64,000 bases of DNA from an uncultured Bacillota bacterium. GTDB taxonomy: Bacteria; Sysuimicrobiota; Sysuimicrobiia; Sysuimicrobiales; Segetimicrobiaceae. The DNA is taken from the NCBI GenBank assembly GCA_963804645.1, contig CAWDRG010000015.1:224001-288000 (forward strand), written 5' to 3'. The notes under the pieces are model-generated. The model had not been told where the DNA came from and did no database searches. It was given only the letters and a program-made list of their open reading frames with translations. Below, piece by piece: positions 52,001-64,000 of this stretch (its first letter is position 1; every line of letters begins with the position of its first letter). The position numbers and the translations under genes were made by a program.

Positions 52001-53344
52001 TCGCGAAGCCTCCGCCCCACAATATCGTGCGATCAGGGTTGTAGTACAATATTCTGACCCGTGGGTTCGCCGCCTGCCGAGAGACCGGATCGTCACGCGT
52101 TGCCAGAGGTAGGGACCTGAGAGGGGAGCGCATGAGCCCACGTCCGTCGAACGATCCACCCAAGCGTCAGCCGACCGCACCCACACCGTCGAATCGACAA
52201 CTGCTCCAGACGATTGCCCGACGGGTCATGGTCGCGCGCGGGTTTCTGCCGGATTTCGAGGCGGCCGTACTCACAGAGCTGGGAGCGATTCCCGGGCCGG
52301 CCGCCGCGGACAGCCCATCCGTCCGAGATCTGCGCGGCTTGCTCTGGGCGTCCATCGACAACGACGACTCGCTCGACCTCGATCAGATCTCGGTGGCCGA
52401 GTCCCTCTCCGACGGCACGGTGAAAGTCCTCGTCGCGATCGCCGATGTCGACGCGATCGTCGGCGCAACCTCGGCGATCAACGCGCACGCGCAGCACAAT
52501 ACGACATCTGTCTACACCGCCGCGCAGATCTTTCCCATGCTCCCGGAGCGACTCTCCACGGATCTGACCTCGCTCAGGCAGGACCAGGAACGGCTGGCCA
52601 TCGTCATCGAAATGGTGACCGATTCAGACGGCGCCCTGGTGGCGTCGGACGTGTATCGGGCCAGCGTCGTCAACCGCGCCAAGCTCGCGTACAATGCCGT
52701 GGCGGCGTGGCTTACGGAGCAGGGACCAATGCCGCCTCGGGTGGCGGCCGTGCCCGGCCTGGCGGACCTGCTTCGCGTGCAGGATCGGGTCGCGCAGGCG
52801 CTGAGAGCGCGGCGATTCCACAACGGCGCGCTGACGCTCGAAACGCTCGAGTCGCAGGCCGTCTTCGACGGCGATACGCTGACCGGTCTTCGGCCGGTGC
52901 AGCAGAATCGGGCCGAAGCGCTGATCGAGGACCTGATGGTCGCGGCGAACGGGGTGACCGCGCGCTATCTCGAGGCCAAAGGTGTGCCGGCGTTTCGCCG
53001 CGTCGTGCGGGTTCCTGAGCGCTGGGACCGGATCGTCGAACTGGCCGCGGGCGTGGGAGAGCGCCTGCCCGCCGCCCCCGATGCGGTCGCCCTCGAAACA
53101 TTCCTCGCCAAGCGGGCGCAGGCCGATTCGCTGCGATTCCCGGACCTGTCGCTGAGCGTCGTCAAGCTGCTGGGGCCGGGCGAGTACGCCGTCGACGTTC
53201 CCGGTCATTCGATGGAGGGGCACTTCGCGCTGGCCGTGAGCGCGTACACACACTCGACCGCCCCAAACCGGCGCTTCCCGGACCTGGTGACGCTGCGCCT
53301 CCTCAAGGGCACTCTGCTCGGCGGTCCCGCCGCCTACGGCCTAG

Positions 53345-54671
53345 CAGGCCGCGGAAAAAACGTGTTTATGACGAATCATCGTGCCTGGTTCGAGAGTGAT
53401 CATGCCACCTGAAGCTCCGCGGAGCTGCTTGCGCGAGTTCCGCGCGCTCCGTGCGACCTCGCCATCGCACCGAGGGGTGGCATCCTCATGCGAGGGCCTG
53501 TTGGAGATTGCGGATCCGCACCAGGTTGTAGATCGCACACGCAAACACGAACATCCAGTCCACCCGGTCGGTGCTGCGATGGTGCAGCTTGCGCATCAGC
53601 CCGATGGTCTTCAGCCAACCAAAGATTTCTTCCACCCGCTTGCGGATGCGTTGGCTGATCTCATAGCCGGGGTGCCGGGTGGTCCGCAGATCGACGGCAC
53701 TGCGCCGCTTGCTGGTGTTTTGGGCAATGTGCGGTGTGACGTCCAAGTCGCGCAGCGCTTGGACGAATTCCGGCGTGTCGAAGCCTTTGTCCGCGCCGAC
53801 CGTCACGCGGCGCTCGCCGGCCACCTGCTCGAGCAGCTCTTCCGCCGTGTCCCGTTCCGCCGTGCCCGTCGCCGCGGTCGCTTGGGCCCGCACCACCAAG
53901 CCATTGCGGTTCTCCATCAGCACATGGCCCATATAGTACAGCTTCGCTTCCCGGCCGTGGCCTTTGCGCTGCAAGCGCGCCTCGGGATCCGTCGTCGATT
54001 GATGCGTGGCATTGCTGCGGTGTTGGCCATGAAAGTTGACGGTTGGGTTCCCCGGATCATCCGGCGGCGGCTGGTCGGTCGGGTCCTCGTCCTTGGGACG
54101 AAAGCTCTTCAGGCCCGCCCAGGCTTCAATCAGCGTCCCGTCGACGGTGAAGTGTTCCATCGACAAGAGGTCCCGCTCCCGCGCTTGGGCCAGCACGCGC
54201 GTGAAGAAGGCTTGCGCGATATCGCCATCCAGCAGGCGCTGCCGGTTCTTCGTGAACGTCGTCGGGTCCCAGACCGGCTCGTCCATGTTCAACCCGACGA
54301 ACCAGCGGAACAGCAAGTTGTAATCCAGTTGCTCCATCAACTGCCGCTCACTGCGCACCGTGAAGAGCACCTGCAGCAGCAAGGCCCGCAGCAGTTTCTC
54401 CGGCGGGATCGAGGGGCGGCCAATCTGCGAATAGAGTTTGGCGAACGTGGGCGACAACTCATGCAGCACCGCGTCCACCATGCTCCGGATCACGCGCAAC
54501 GGATGGTCCTGCGGGACGCGCGCTTCCGGGGAGAGGTAGCTAAACATGCCTTCCTGCTGCCGATCGTCTCCGCGCATCGTGGTACCTCCGAGGGAGGAGT
54601 ACGAATGAGGGTGCAACGCGACAGAGTATCATTCTATATGAACATCCAAATACCTGCTTTTTATCATCCTG
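53345..54671 (-). mobile_element. IS5-family element
   Basis: CTAG duplicated at 53341-53344 and 54672-54675. Ends CAGGCCGCGGAAAAA and TTTTTATCATCCTG. Confidence 0.93.
53486..54577 (-). CDS. IS5-family transposase (intact)
   Basis: Motifs GRPSIPPEKLLRALLLQ, FTVDGTLIEAWA, GADKGFD and RKRVEEIFGWLK. Confidence 0.96.
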   Translation of the reverse strand: MRGDDRQQEGMFSYLSPEARVPQDHPLRVIRSMVDAVLHELSPTFAKLYSQIGRPSIPPEKLLRALLLQVLFTVRSERQLMEQLDYNLLFRWFVGLNMDEPVWDPTTFTKNRQRLLDGDIAQAFFTRVLAQARERDLLSMEHFTVDGTLIEAWAGLKSFRPKDEDPTDQPPPDDPGNPTVNFHGQHRSNATHQSTTDPEARLQRKGHGREAKLYYMGHVLMENRNGLVVRAQATAATGTAERDTAEELLEQVAGERRVTVGADKGFDTPEFVQALRDLDVTPHIAQNTSKRRSAVDLRTTRHPGYEISQRIRKRVEEIFGWLKTIGLMRKLHHRSTDRVDWMFVFACAIYNLVRIRNLQQALA

Positions 54672-55010
54672 CTAGACGAGCTGCAGGCACTCGCGCAGCA
54701 GTGCACCGTGCAGGAAAACAACGCCAAAAAGGTGGAGCGGCAGGTGCAGAAATCCGCCGCCGCGCTGCTCCTCCGGCGCCGGGTCGGCGAGCGCTTTGAC
54801 GGGCTGGTGACCGGCGCCTCCCCCAAGGGCACCTGGGTGCGCATCATCAGCCCTCCCGTCGAGGGCAAGGTGGTGCGTGGATTTCAGGGTCTCGATGTGG
54901 GCGACCGGGTCAGCGTGGAGCTGATAGGCACGAACGTGGACCAGGGCTTCATCGACTTCGCTAGGATGGACGGATCTGCGGTCAGACCAGGCGCCGTGCG
55001 CTGAGGACCG

Positions 55011-55670
55011 GTGAGCGGGAGGGATCCACGGATGAGACGTCCGCAGCGGCTCAAACACTTTCACGCCGCTTCGGTGTTCGGGTGGTCGCAGTCGCGCCCG
55101 GGAGACGAGGTGTACGAGGCGGCTCGTGCGGTGGGGCGTCTGTTGGCGAAGCACGGCGTCACCGTCGTCTCCGGCGGCTTTGGCGGTGAAATGGAGGCGG
55201 CGGTCAGGGGGGCAAAGGAGGCGGGCGGGAAGACGATCGGCGTGACCTTCTACCCGATGTTGGCCACGAACTTCGAAGCCGGCACCGAGGCGTCCCGCTA
55301 TCTCGATAAGGAGATCAAGACGCGGACCTACCTCGAGCGCACGCTGAAGTTGATCGCGCTCGGGGATGCATTCTTCTGCTTCAACGGCGGCACGGGCACG
55401 ATCTCGGAGTGGGGCATGGCGTGGGGTCTGGCGCGCATCTACTACGCCCACCACAAGCCGTTGATCATGTACGGATCCTTCTGGAAGACGATCGTCGGCG
55501 CCATCGAGCGCACCATGCATATCCGCCCCGAGGAAAAGAAAGTGTACCGCATCGTTGATTCTCCCGGCAACGCGTTGAGAACACTGCGGGCCTTCGACCG
55601 GACGTGCAAGGGCCTTCATCCTGACTACGCGCACCTGATGCCCGAACGCGATTTCGTCCTGCGGGATTGA
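55011..55670 (+). CDS. LOG/lysine decarboxylase-like Rossmann-fold protein
   Basis: Motifs SGGFGGEMEAAVRGAKEAGG and GGTGTISE. Confidence 0.88.
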   Translation: MSGRDPRMRRPQRLKHFHAASVFGWSQSRPGDEVYEAARAVGRLLAKHGVTVVSGGFGGEMEAAVRGAKEAGGKTIGVTFYPMLATNFEAGTEASRYLDKEIKTRTYLERTLKLIALGDAFFCFNGGTGTISEWGMAWGLARIYYAHHKPLIMYGSFWKTIVGAIERTMHIRPEEKKVYRIVDSPGNALRTLRAFDRTCKGLHPDYAHLMPERDFVLRD

Positions 55671-55778
55671 CGCACGACAGGTGGACGCGGTGACCGGCGC
55701 ATGGTCGTCGGAAGGGACCTTCGGCTGTTGACGACCAACGCCGATTCGTCGAGCCTCTAGGCCGCTCGGCGCCGCCCC

Positions 55779-55824
55779 TTGACGTCATGGCTGGAGCGCC
55801 ATATACTTCAACCATATGGTTGAA
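55779..55824 (+). promoter_or_regulatory. Promoter and operator of the ArsR gene
   Basis: TTGACG-17 nt-TATACT. A perfect 18-bp palindrome TTCAACCATATGGTTGAA (55807-55824) spans the ATG. Confidence 0.85.
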
Positions 55825-56208
55825 TATTCTTCGTCCACGCTGGACCAGATCTTTGCGGCGGTGGCGGACCCGACGCGGCGCACGATTCTCGATGTCCTCG
55901 CGCGCGGGCCCGCGAAGGTCACCGAGATCGCGCGGCCATTTCCCGTCTCCCTGAATGCGATCTCGAAGCACATCAAGACCTTGGAGCGCGCTGGGCTGAT
56001 CCGCCGTGAGGTGGTGGGCCGCGAGCACTACTGCCATCTCGAACCGCGGGCCCTGCATCCGGCCACCTCCTGGCTCGAGCACCACCGCGAGTTCTGGGAG
56101 ACACGCTTGGACGCGCTCGAACGGCACCTCGCGGCCAAGCGGAAGCGTGAGCACGGTGACGGCCGGCCATCCGGGCGGCACGCACACACCCCTGCGTGGA
56201 GGCCTTGA
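55816..56208 (+). CDS. ArsR/SmtB-family regulator
   Basis: Motifs FAAVADPTRRTIL and ISKHIKTLERAGLI. Confidence 0.93.
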   Translation: MVEYSSSTLDQIFAAVADPTRRTILDVLARGPAKVTEIARPFPVSLNAISKHIKTLERAGLIRREVVGREHYCHLEPRALHPATSWLEHHREFWETRLDALERHLAAKRKREHGDGRPSGRHAHTPAWRP

Positions 56209-56681
56209 TGCCGACTCGTGAGGAACGCGAAGACATGCTGGTCGTGCGGCGCGTGATTCGTGCGTCTCGGGAAGAGGTGTTTGCGGCCTGGATCGACCCC
56301 GAGAGCATGCGAGACTGGATGTGCCCCGGGGACATTGTGATCGCCGAGGCGCGGCTGGATCCTCGGGTGGGCGGTGCGTTCCGGATCGTGATGAAGAGCC
56401 CGACCTACGAAGTCGACCACACGGGGGAATACCTGGTGGTCGACCCCCCCTCGAAGCTCGTGTTTACGTGGACATCGGCACGGACGGAGCATCAACCGAC
56501 GCTCGTGACGGTCGAACTCTTCGAGCGCGGCGACGGGTGCGAGCTGGTGCTGACGCACGAGCGCTTTCCGAATACCGACGCGGTGCGCAGCCACCGCGCC
56601 GGGTGGGGGAAGATCATCGAACGGCTGGCGGGCCGCTTGCCGCGGGGTGCGGACTCCGGCGAGTCGAGCCGCCGGGCCTGA
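56208..56681 (+). CDS. SRPBCC/AHSA1 domain protein
   Basis: Motifs EEVFAAWIDPE, DPRVGGAFRIVM, LVFTW and HRAGW. Confidence 0.92.
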   Translation: MPTREEREDMLVVRRVIRASREEVFAAWIDPESMRDWMCPGDIVIAEARLDPRVGGAFRIVMKSPTYEVDHTGEYLVVDPPSKLVFTWTSARTEHQPTLVTVELFERGDGCELVLTHERFPNTDAVRSHRAGWGKIIERLAGRLPRGADSGESSRRA

Positions 56682-56737
56682 CGGCACGGCGGGGGCCCGC
56701 GGGCTCCGCCGGCACATCGCACCCGAACCACCGCGAT

Positions 56738-57106
56738 GTGACGATGGTGGCGATCTCCCGGGCCCCGTACGAGAAGCTGGCGGCCTATACGCAGCGGATG
56801 GGGTGGACGGTCACGTGGGTCTCGTCGTCGGGGACCGACTTCAATTTCGACGATCACGTGTCGTTTACGCCGGAAGAGATGGCGAAGGGCGTGAGCGTGT
56901 TTTGCATGGACGCCGACGGTGCCGTGTTTCACACGTACGCGGCCTACGCGCGCGGACTTGATATGCTGAACGTCGCCTATCACTACCTTGACCTGGTGCC
57001 GCGCGGCCGTGATGAAGCGGGACGCGGCCAGTTCTGGGTACGCCGCCACGACGCATACGGTCGCGATCGGCTGGTGGATCCGAGGTCGATTCGGAAACGG
57101 GGATAG
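56738..57106 (+). pseudogene. DUF899 (thioredoxin-like) C-terminal fragment
   Basis: Motifs ISRAPYEKL, RMGW, DFNFD, FHTY and [10 protein letters not shown]. The N-terminal half is absent. Confidence 0.75.
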
Positions 57107-57203
57107 CGGGGAATTAGCGGGAATATATTATGAGGATCGACACCACGCGGCCCGAGCGAGCCGCGTGCGGGCGCCGGCGGGCCCCGGAAAGGAGTATGGT
57201 TCG

Positions 57204-58319
57204 ATGAGTGGAGTGCGGGTGCTGGTTGGGACACGCAAGGGCGCATTTGTTCTGACGTCGGACGGCAAGCGCGCGCAGTGGGATGTCAGCGGTCCCCACT
57301 TTGCCGGGTGGGAAATCTACCACCTGAAGGGATCGCCCGCGGACCCGAATCGGCTGTACGCGTCGCAGTCGAGCGGCTGGTTCGGACAGTTGATCCAGCG
57401 CTCCAACGACGGCGGAAAGACGTGGGAGCCGGTGGGCAAGGAGTTCGTCTACGACGGCGTCCCGGGCACACACCAATGGTACGACGGCACGCCGCATCCG
57501 TGGGAGTTCGCGCGCGTCTGGCACCTCGAGCCGTCGCTCACCGATCCCGACACCGTGTACGCCGGCATCCAAGACGCCGCCCTGTTCCGCTCGAGCGACG
57601 CCGGGCAGACGTGGCATGAACTCTCGGGCCTGCGCCGCCACACCACCGGGCCCGCCTGGCAGCCCGGTGCCGGCGGGTTGTGCCTGCACACGATCGTGCT
57701 CGATCCAAGCAATGCCGCGCGGATCTACGTCGCCATCTCGGCCGCGGGGGCGTTCCGGAGCGACGACGCCGGCACGACGTGGCGGCCGGTGAACCGCGGG
57801 CTGCGGTCGGAACAGATCCCCAACCCGACGGCGGAGGTCGGTCACTGCGTGCACCGCATTGCGATGCATCCCTCGCGTCCCGGCGTGCTGTTCATGCAGA
57901 AGCATTGGGACGTGATGCGCAGCGACGACGCCGGCGAGTCGTGGCACGAGATCAGCGGGAACCTGCCGAGCGATTTCGGCTTCCCGATCGACGTGCACGC
58001 ACACGAGCCGAACACCGTGTACGTCGTCCCGATCAAGAGCGACTCGGAACACTATCCTCCCGAGGGCAAGCTGCGCGTGTACCGCAGCCGGACCGGCGGC
58101 AACGAATGGGAGGCGCTCACGAACGGGCTGCCGCAGCGCGACTGCTACGTGAACGTGCTGCGGGACGCGATGGCCGTCGACTCGCTGGATGCGTGCGGCG
58201 TGTACTTCGGCACGAGCGGCGGGCAGGTCTACGCGTCCGCCGACGCCGGGGACAGCTGGGCGCCCATCGTGCGAGATCTGCCGGCCGTGCTGTCGGTCGA
58301 GGTGCAGACGCTGCCGTGA
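57204..58319 (+). CDS. BNR/Asp-box repeat beta-propeller (sialidase-like)
   Basis: VLVGTRKG start and repeated SxDxGxTW boxes. Confidence 0.9.
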   Translation: MSGVRVLVGTRKGAFVLTSDGKRAQWDVSGPHFAGWEIYHLKGSPADPNRLYASQSSGWFGQLIQRSNDGGKTWEPVGKEFVYDGVPGTHQWYDGTPHPWEFARVWHLEPSLTDPDTVYAGIQDAALFRSSDAGQTWHELSGLRRHTTGPAWQPGAGGLCLHTIVLDPSNAARIYVAISAAGAFRSDDAGTTWRPVNRGLRSEQIPNPTAEVGHCVHRIAMHPSRPGVLFMQKHWDVMRSDDAGESWHEISGNLPSDFGFPIDVHAHEPNTVYVVPIKSDSEHYPPEGKLRVYRSRTGGNEWEALTNGLPQRDCYVNVLRDAMAVDSLDACGVYFGTSGGQVYASADAGDSWAPIVRDLPAVLSVEVQTLP

Positions 58320-58612
58320 TCCGAGTGGTGCTTCCCCAGCATCTGCGGACGCTCGCGCGCGTCCACGGCGAAGTGACGCTCGCCGTCGACGGCCCGGTGA
58401 CGCAGCGGTCGGTGCTCGATGCGCTCGAAGTGCGCTATCCGGTGCTGCGGGGAACGATTCGCGATCAGGTCACGCTGCAGCGCCGCCCGTTCGTGAGGTT
58501 CTTTGCCTGTGAGCGCGACCTGTCCCATGAGCTCCCGGACAGTCCACTCCCGGATGCGGTCGCGACGGGAGCGGAACCCTTCCAGATCGTGGGCGCGATG
58601 GCCGGCGGGTAG
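58316..58612 (+). CDS. MoaD/ThiS ubiquitin-like protein
   Basis: 98 aa ending in AMAGG. GTGA overlap with the upstream gene. Confidence 0.9.
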   Translation: MIRVVLPQHLRTLARVHGEVTLAVDGPVTQRSVLDALEVRYPVLRGTIRDQVTLQRRPFVRFFACERDLSHELPDSPLPDAVATGAEPFQIVGAMAGG

Positions 58613-58626
58613 GTCCGCGGGAGACC

Positions 58627-59292
58627 TTAGGAGAGCCTCAGGAGGCGAATCGCGACGACCTCCATCCAGAGACTGGGCAGCGCAAACGCGACGCGCTCGA
58701 ACAGTCCAAGCCACGGATGTGACGCGGGCCACCAGCCGATCCATGCCAGCAAGAGGGCCACAGCGCACACGCACGTCGCCAGCCCGATCAGCGTGCTGAA
58801 TCGCGCGTAGCCGCGCCAGGCGCTATTGGGGGCCATTTCCTGGGCCGCCGCCAGGCAGCTCGCCGGCAGCAGGATTGCCATGGCGCCGACGACCCCGAGG
58901 TGAATCTCTCCGTGGATGGTCCAGATCCCACCCGTGCGGTCGGTGGGGAACACGGCGAGCGCCACCAGCGCGAGCCCCGGGGAGATGGCCAGGACGTTGA
59001 CGGGACGCCAGGCGCTGCCGGGGGCGACGGCGCGCAGCAGGCCGGCCTGAAACGCGAGAATCAGCAGCCCGAATCCGATGAAGCTCGCCGTTTGCACCCA
59101 ACCGTAGGGGCCTAAGGCCAGCAGGCTGATCTCTGCGCGGGCCGCGCTGTAGGCGGGCTGCGCTCGACCGAGGAGGATCAGGACGCACCAAAACACCGCC
59201 GGCCCGACGATGCCGGCGAGCGCACCGGTGCGGATGGAGATGATGCCGCCGGACGGCCGGGCGTGGGCGGAGCGTACGTGGGTGGGGGCCAT
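58627..59292 (-). CDS. DUF998-like membrane protein
   Basis: Motifs ISLLALGPYGW, VFPTD and GLFER. Confidence 0.8.
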   Translation of the reverse strand: MAPTHVRSAHARPSGGIISIRTGALAGIVGPAVFWCVLILLGRAQPAYSAARAEISLLALGPYGWVQTASFIGFGLLILAFQAGLLRAVAPGSAWRPVNVLAISPGLALVALAVFPTDRTGGIWTIHGEIHLGVVGAMAILLPASCLAAAQEMAPNSAWRGYARFSTLIGLATCVCAVALLLAWIGWWPASHPWLGLFERVAFALPSLWMEVVAIRLLRLS

Positions 59293-59429
59293 CGGTACCC
59301 TCGAGACAGACCACCGCGATGTTCGAACGCATGATCACCGCGGATGCCCATCAGTAGTGGAAGTCGTCCAATCAATGGTATCATGAGGTCAGCGGGCCGT
59401 CTGGCATCGGACGCGCGGAGCGTGACATC

Positions 59430-59870
59430 GTGCCCAGCAAGGTGTCCAAACGAAGCAGCGCACGTCCCGTGCGCGCCAACGAACTGGTGCTGTTGCTCGA
59501 TGAAGTGCTCGGGACACGCAGCCGATTCGCGTGGTACGAGACGCTGGGCAACCTCACCCTCCTGACGCACGTCCCTCCGGCGCTGGCCGCGGACTGGGCG
59601 GAGCTGAGGGCCTTGGACAGAGCGCGCAGTTTGTGTGCCGCGCTGGACGGATGCCGGCTTGCGCTGCGGGACGCTCCCGGCACGCGGTACTACGCCGCGC
59701 TCGCCGATCCGGCGCCCACCACGTACGGGGAGTTGGCGCGGATGCTTCACGAGGTCATCGACAGCCTGACGGCGGCGCGGGAGACTCGGACGCCGCAGCC
59801 GCCCGCGCGCGCGAAGCCGCGAAAGCGCCGCGCCGCGTCCACGCCGCCGGCGACGAAAAAATCCTCGTAG
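59430..59870 (+). CDS. Hypothetical protein
   Basis: 146-aa ORF filling an intergenic gap. No family recognised. Confidence 0.4.
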   Translation: MPSKVSKRSSARPVRANELVLLLDEVLGTRSRFAWYETLGNLTLLTHVPPALAADWAELRALDRARSLCAALDGCRLALRDAPGTRYYAALADPAPTTYGELARMLHEVIDSLTAARETRTPQPPARAKPRKRRAASTPPATKKSS

Positions 59871-60153
59871 CGCACCGTCCAGGCGGCGCGCACGGAGGTC
59901 GAGACGCGTGACGAGCCCCGCATCCTCAGCCGTCCCGCGGCGCACGCCCGCACCCATTGTCCGGGCTCCCTGATGATGCGACTCCGCTCCCCCGAGCCAT
60001 TTCTCGAGAGTCTGCGCGACTGCCGCCGCGTGATCTACCGGGGGCAGGGTGTGCCCGAGACCCAGAAGCTAACGGTCCTCATGGACGACGACCTCGACCC
60101 GCTGAAGCGGGCGGCCGCGCGCGCCGCCGGCGCCGCGGGGTCGGGCTGACGCG

Positions 60154-60930
60154 ATGGGGCGGATGCCTGCGTTGTTTTCGCTCGCCGATCGCGTCGCGGT
60201 CGTGACCGGCGGATCCCGCGGCCTCGGCCTCGCGATCGCGCGCGGATTGGGGGACGCGGGCGCGCGGATCGTGATCGCGGCGCGCCGCGCCGAGTGGTTG
60301 GACCCCGCGTCGGCGGAGCTCGCCGCCGCCGGCATCGAGGTGCGCGCGCACGCGTGCGATCTCACCGATGCGGAGCAGGTCGGGCGCCTGATCGGCGAGA
60401 CCGTCTCGGCGTTCGGGCGGGTGGATATTCTCGTGAACAACGCCGGCGTGAGTTGGGCGGCCTCAATCGAGGAGATGCCGGTGGAGCGCTGGCGGCAGGT
60501 CCTCGAGACGAACGTTGGGGGCGCGTTTCTCGCGACGCGCGCCGCGCTGCCGGTGATGAAGGCCCGCGGCTACGGGAAGATCATCAACATCGCCTCGGTG
60601 ATGGGGATGGTGGGGATGCCGCCGGAGATCCTGGACGCGCCGGGATACAGCGCGAGCAAGGGGGCGTTGATCGCGCTGACGCGGGACCTCGCCGTGAAGT
60701 GCGCGCGGTTTGGGGTGCGCGTGAATGCGATCGCGCCGGGGTTTTTTCGCACTCGGCTGACGGACGGCGTGCTGGCGCGGTCCAGCGAGGCGATCGCTAA
60801 GGCGACGCCGCTCGGGCGGGTCGGCGAGCCCGGCGATCTCATAGGCACCGCCGTGTTCCTCGCCGCCCCGGCGTCGGACTTCATCACCGGGCAGGTGCTC
60901 GCCGTCGACGGCGGGTACACGGCGGTGTGA
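60154..60930 (+). CDS. Short-chain dehydrogenase/reductase
   Basis: Motifs TGGSRGLG, NNAG, YSASK, VNAIAPG and DGG. Confidence 0.95.
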   Translation: MGRMPALFSLADRVAVVTGGSRGLGLAIARGLGDAGARIVIAARRAEWLDPASAELAAAGIEVRAHACDLTDAEQVGRLIGETVSAFGRVDILVNNAGVSWAASIEEMPVERWRQVLETNVGGAFLATRAALPVMKARGYGKIINIASVMGMVGMPPEILDAPGYSASKGALIALTRDLAVKCARFGVRVNAIAPGFFRTRLTDGVLARSSEAIAKATPLGRVGEPGDLIGTAVFLAAPASDFITGQVLAVDGGYTAV

Positions 60931-60989
60931 ACGCGGCCTTGTCGGACCGGCCCCGAGGGGGGCCGGGCGGGACCATAGGGGGTGCACCG

Positions 60990-62612
<1,623 letters not shown>

Positions 62613-62660
62613 CACCCGGGTGATCGAGCCACACACGCCAGGCGGCCCACGGGGGAGCGA

Positions 62661-64000
62661 ATGGACACATCGACGGCACGGCAGCCTACGCGCGGCGGCG
62701 GATTTCTCGTCGATCCTGACTCGGCGGACGCGTTCACGCCCGAGGACCTGAGCGAGGAGCAGCGCATGGCGCGGCGGGCCGCGGCCGAGTTCGTCGCCCG
62801 CGAGGTCGTGCCGCGGCTCGAGGAGATCGAACACCAGAACTGGGATGTGCACCGCGCGCTGCTCCGCACGCTCGGCGGCCTCGGCTATCTCGCGCCGGAC
62901 CTCGCCGAGGCGTACGGCGGCGGCGGGGCGGACAGCCTCACGTCGCTGGTGGTGACCGAGGCGCTGTCGCTCGGCTCGTTTTCGGTGACGTACACCGCCC
63001 ACGTGGGGATCGGGATGCTGCCGATCGCGTTTTTCGGGACCGAGGCGCAGCGGCAGCGCTATCTCCCGCCGATGGCCCGCGGCGAGCTCGTCGGCGCGTA
63101 CGCCCTGACCGAGCCGACGGCCGGGTCCGATGCGCTCTCGATCCGCACCCGGGCCGACTTGAGCGACGACGGCGCCAGCTACCTCCTGAGCGGCCAGAAG
63201 CAGTTCATCACCAATTCGGCCATCGCCGACGTGTTCATCGTCTTCGCGAAGGTGCACGGCGACGCGTTCACCGCGTTCATTGTCGACCGCGACACCGACG
63301 GATTCGAGATCGGCGGCGAAGAGCAGAAGATGGGCATCAAAGGGTCGTCCACACGCAGCCTGTTCCTCGACCACGCCAAGGTGCCGGCCGATCATGTGCT
63401 CGGGGAGATCGGCAAAGGGCACCGCGTGGCCTTCAACATCCTCAACCTCGGCCGGTTCAAGCTCGGCGCGTGCTGTGTCGGCGCGGCCAAGCAGGCGCTG
63501 CGTGATGCGACCGGGTACGCGCTCGAACGGAAGCAGTTTGGCCGGGCGATCGCCGAGTTCGGCCTGATCCGCCAGAAGCTGGCGCAGATGGCCGCGCGCC
63601 TGTACGCGGCGGAGAGCATGGTCTACCGGACCGGCGGCCTCGTCGAGTCGGCGGTCGGGGCGATTCGCGGGAGCGACAGCGTGGTGGGCGCGCTTGAAGA
63701 GTACGCGATCGAGTCCTCGATCAACAAAGTGTTCGCCTCGGAGATGCTCGACCGCACGGTCGATCAGATGGTTCAGATCTTCGGCGGCAACGGCTACCTC
63801 GAGCACTATCCGGCGGCACGCGCCTATCGCGACGCGCGGATCAACCGGATTTGGGAGGGCACCAGCGAGATCAACCGCCTCCTGATCGTCGACATGCTCG
63901 CCAAGCGCGATGCGCGCGGGCGGCTGGACGTCACGGCGGCGGTGGAGCGTGTACGCGCCGGGCTCGGCCGCGCCGGGCTGGGGGCGACCGCGGACGGCCC
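62661..64000 (+). CDS. Acyl-CoA dehydrogenase (partial, runs off window end)
   Basis: Reads MDTS..., AYALTEPTAGSDA, GQKQFITN, KMGIKGSST, QIFGGNGY and RIWEGTSEINR. Confidence 0.95.
   Translation, partial: MDTSTARQPTRGGGFLVDPDSADAFTPEDLSEEQRMARRAAAEFVAREVVPRLEEIEHQNWDVHRALLRTLGGLGYLAPDLAEAYGGGGADSLTSLVVTEALSLGSFSVTYTAHVGIGMLPIAFFGTEAQRQRYLPPMARGELVGAYALTEPTAGSDALSIRTRADLSDDGASYLLSGQKQFITNSAIADVFIVFAKVHGDAFTAFIVDRDTDGFEIGGEEQKMGIKGSSTRSLFLDHAKVPADHVLGEIGKGHRVAFNILNLGRFKLGACCVGAAKQALRDATGYALERKQFGRAIAEFGLIRQKLAQMAARLYAAESMVYRTGGLVESAVGAIRGSDSVVGALEEYAIESSINKVFASEMLDRTVDQMVQIFGGNGYLEHYPAARAYRDARINRIWEGTSEINRLLIVDMLAKRDARGRLDVTAAVERVRAGLGRAGLGATADG

Larger units (their letters stand above)
52132..55004 (+). 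pseudogene. RNB-domain exoribonuclease (RNase II/R-like), split by IS5
   Basis: Motifs SIDNDDSLDLDQ and YTHSTAPNRRFPDL. Removing the IS restores ...AYGLDELQALAQQCTVQENN and a C-terminal S1-like domain. Confidence 0.93.

Overview
GC-rich bacterial DNA. The Bacillota-like ClpC and SigH suggest a Terrabacteria lineage (inference). 1-5.6 kb is a heme-copper oxidase operon (CuA subunit II, subunit I, heme o synthase, CtaG, NnrS-like and CopD-like genes). Its subunit I has Asn where O2 reductases have the cross-linking Tyr, so it is probably an NO reductase. 6.0-19.9 kb holds two nested stacks of mobile elements, IS256>IS21>IS1380 and IS1634>IS3>a large serine recombinase (LSR) element, followed by an ORF-less group II intron. 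All inner junctions can be read at base level. 20-20.9 kb has a PIN/Phd toxin-antitoxin pair and a tRNA-Met 3' remnant. 22-26.5 kb has orphan clpC and sigH. 27.3-28.9 kb is an IS1111-type IS110 element whose non-coding end carries guides matching its own insertion site. 29-50 kb has sthA, regulators, a class I benzoyl-CoA reductase-like cluster with a CoA ligase, and an IclR-linked catabolic/ABC cluster. 50-64 kb holds ordinary metabolic genes, including an RNB nuclease split by IS5. The strongest new signals are (i) an LSR element whose accessory gene gains its RBS and start codon only in the excised circle, and (ii) the same small Cys/His protein family carried by three unrelated elements, each next to a palindrome-covered promoter. 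Family and DUF names are recognised from motifs by eye, not from searches. Many 1-nt frameshifts may be assembly errors.
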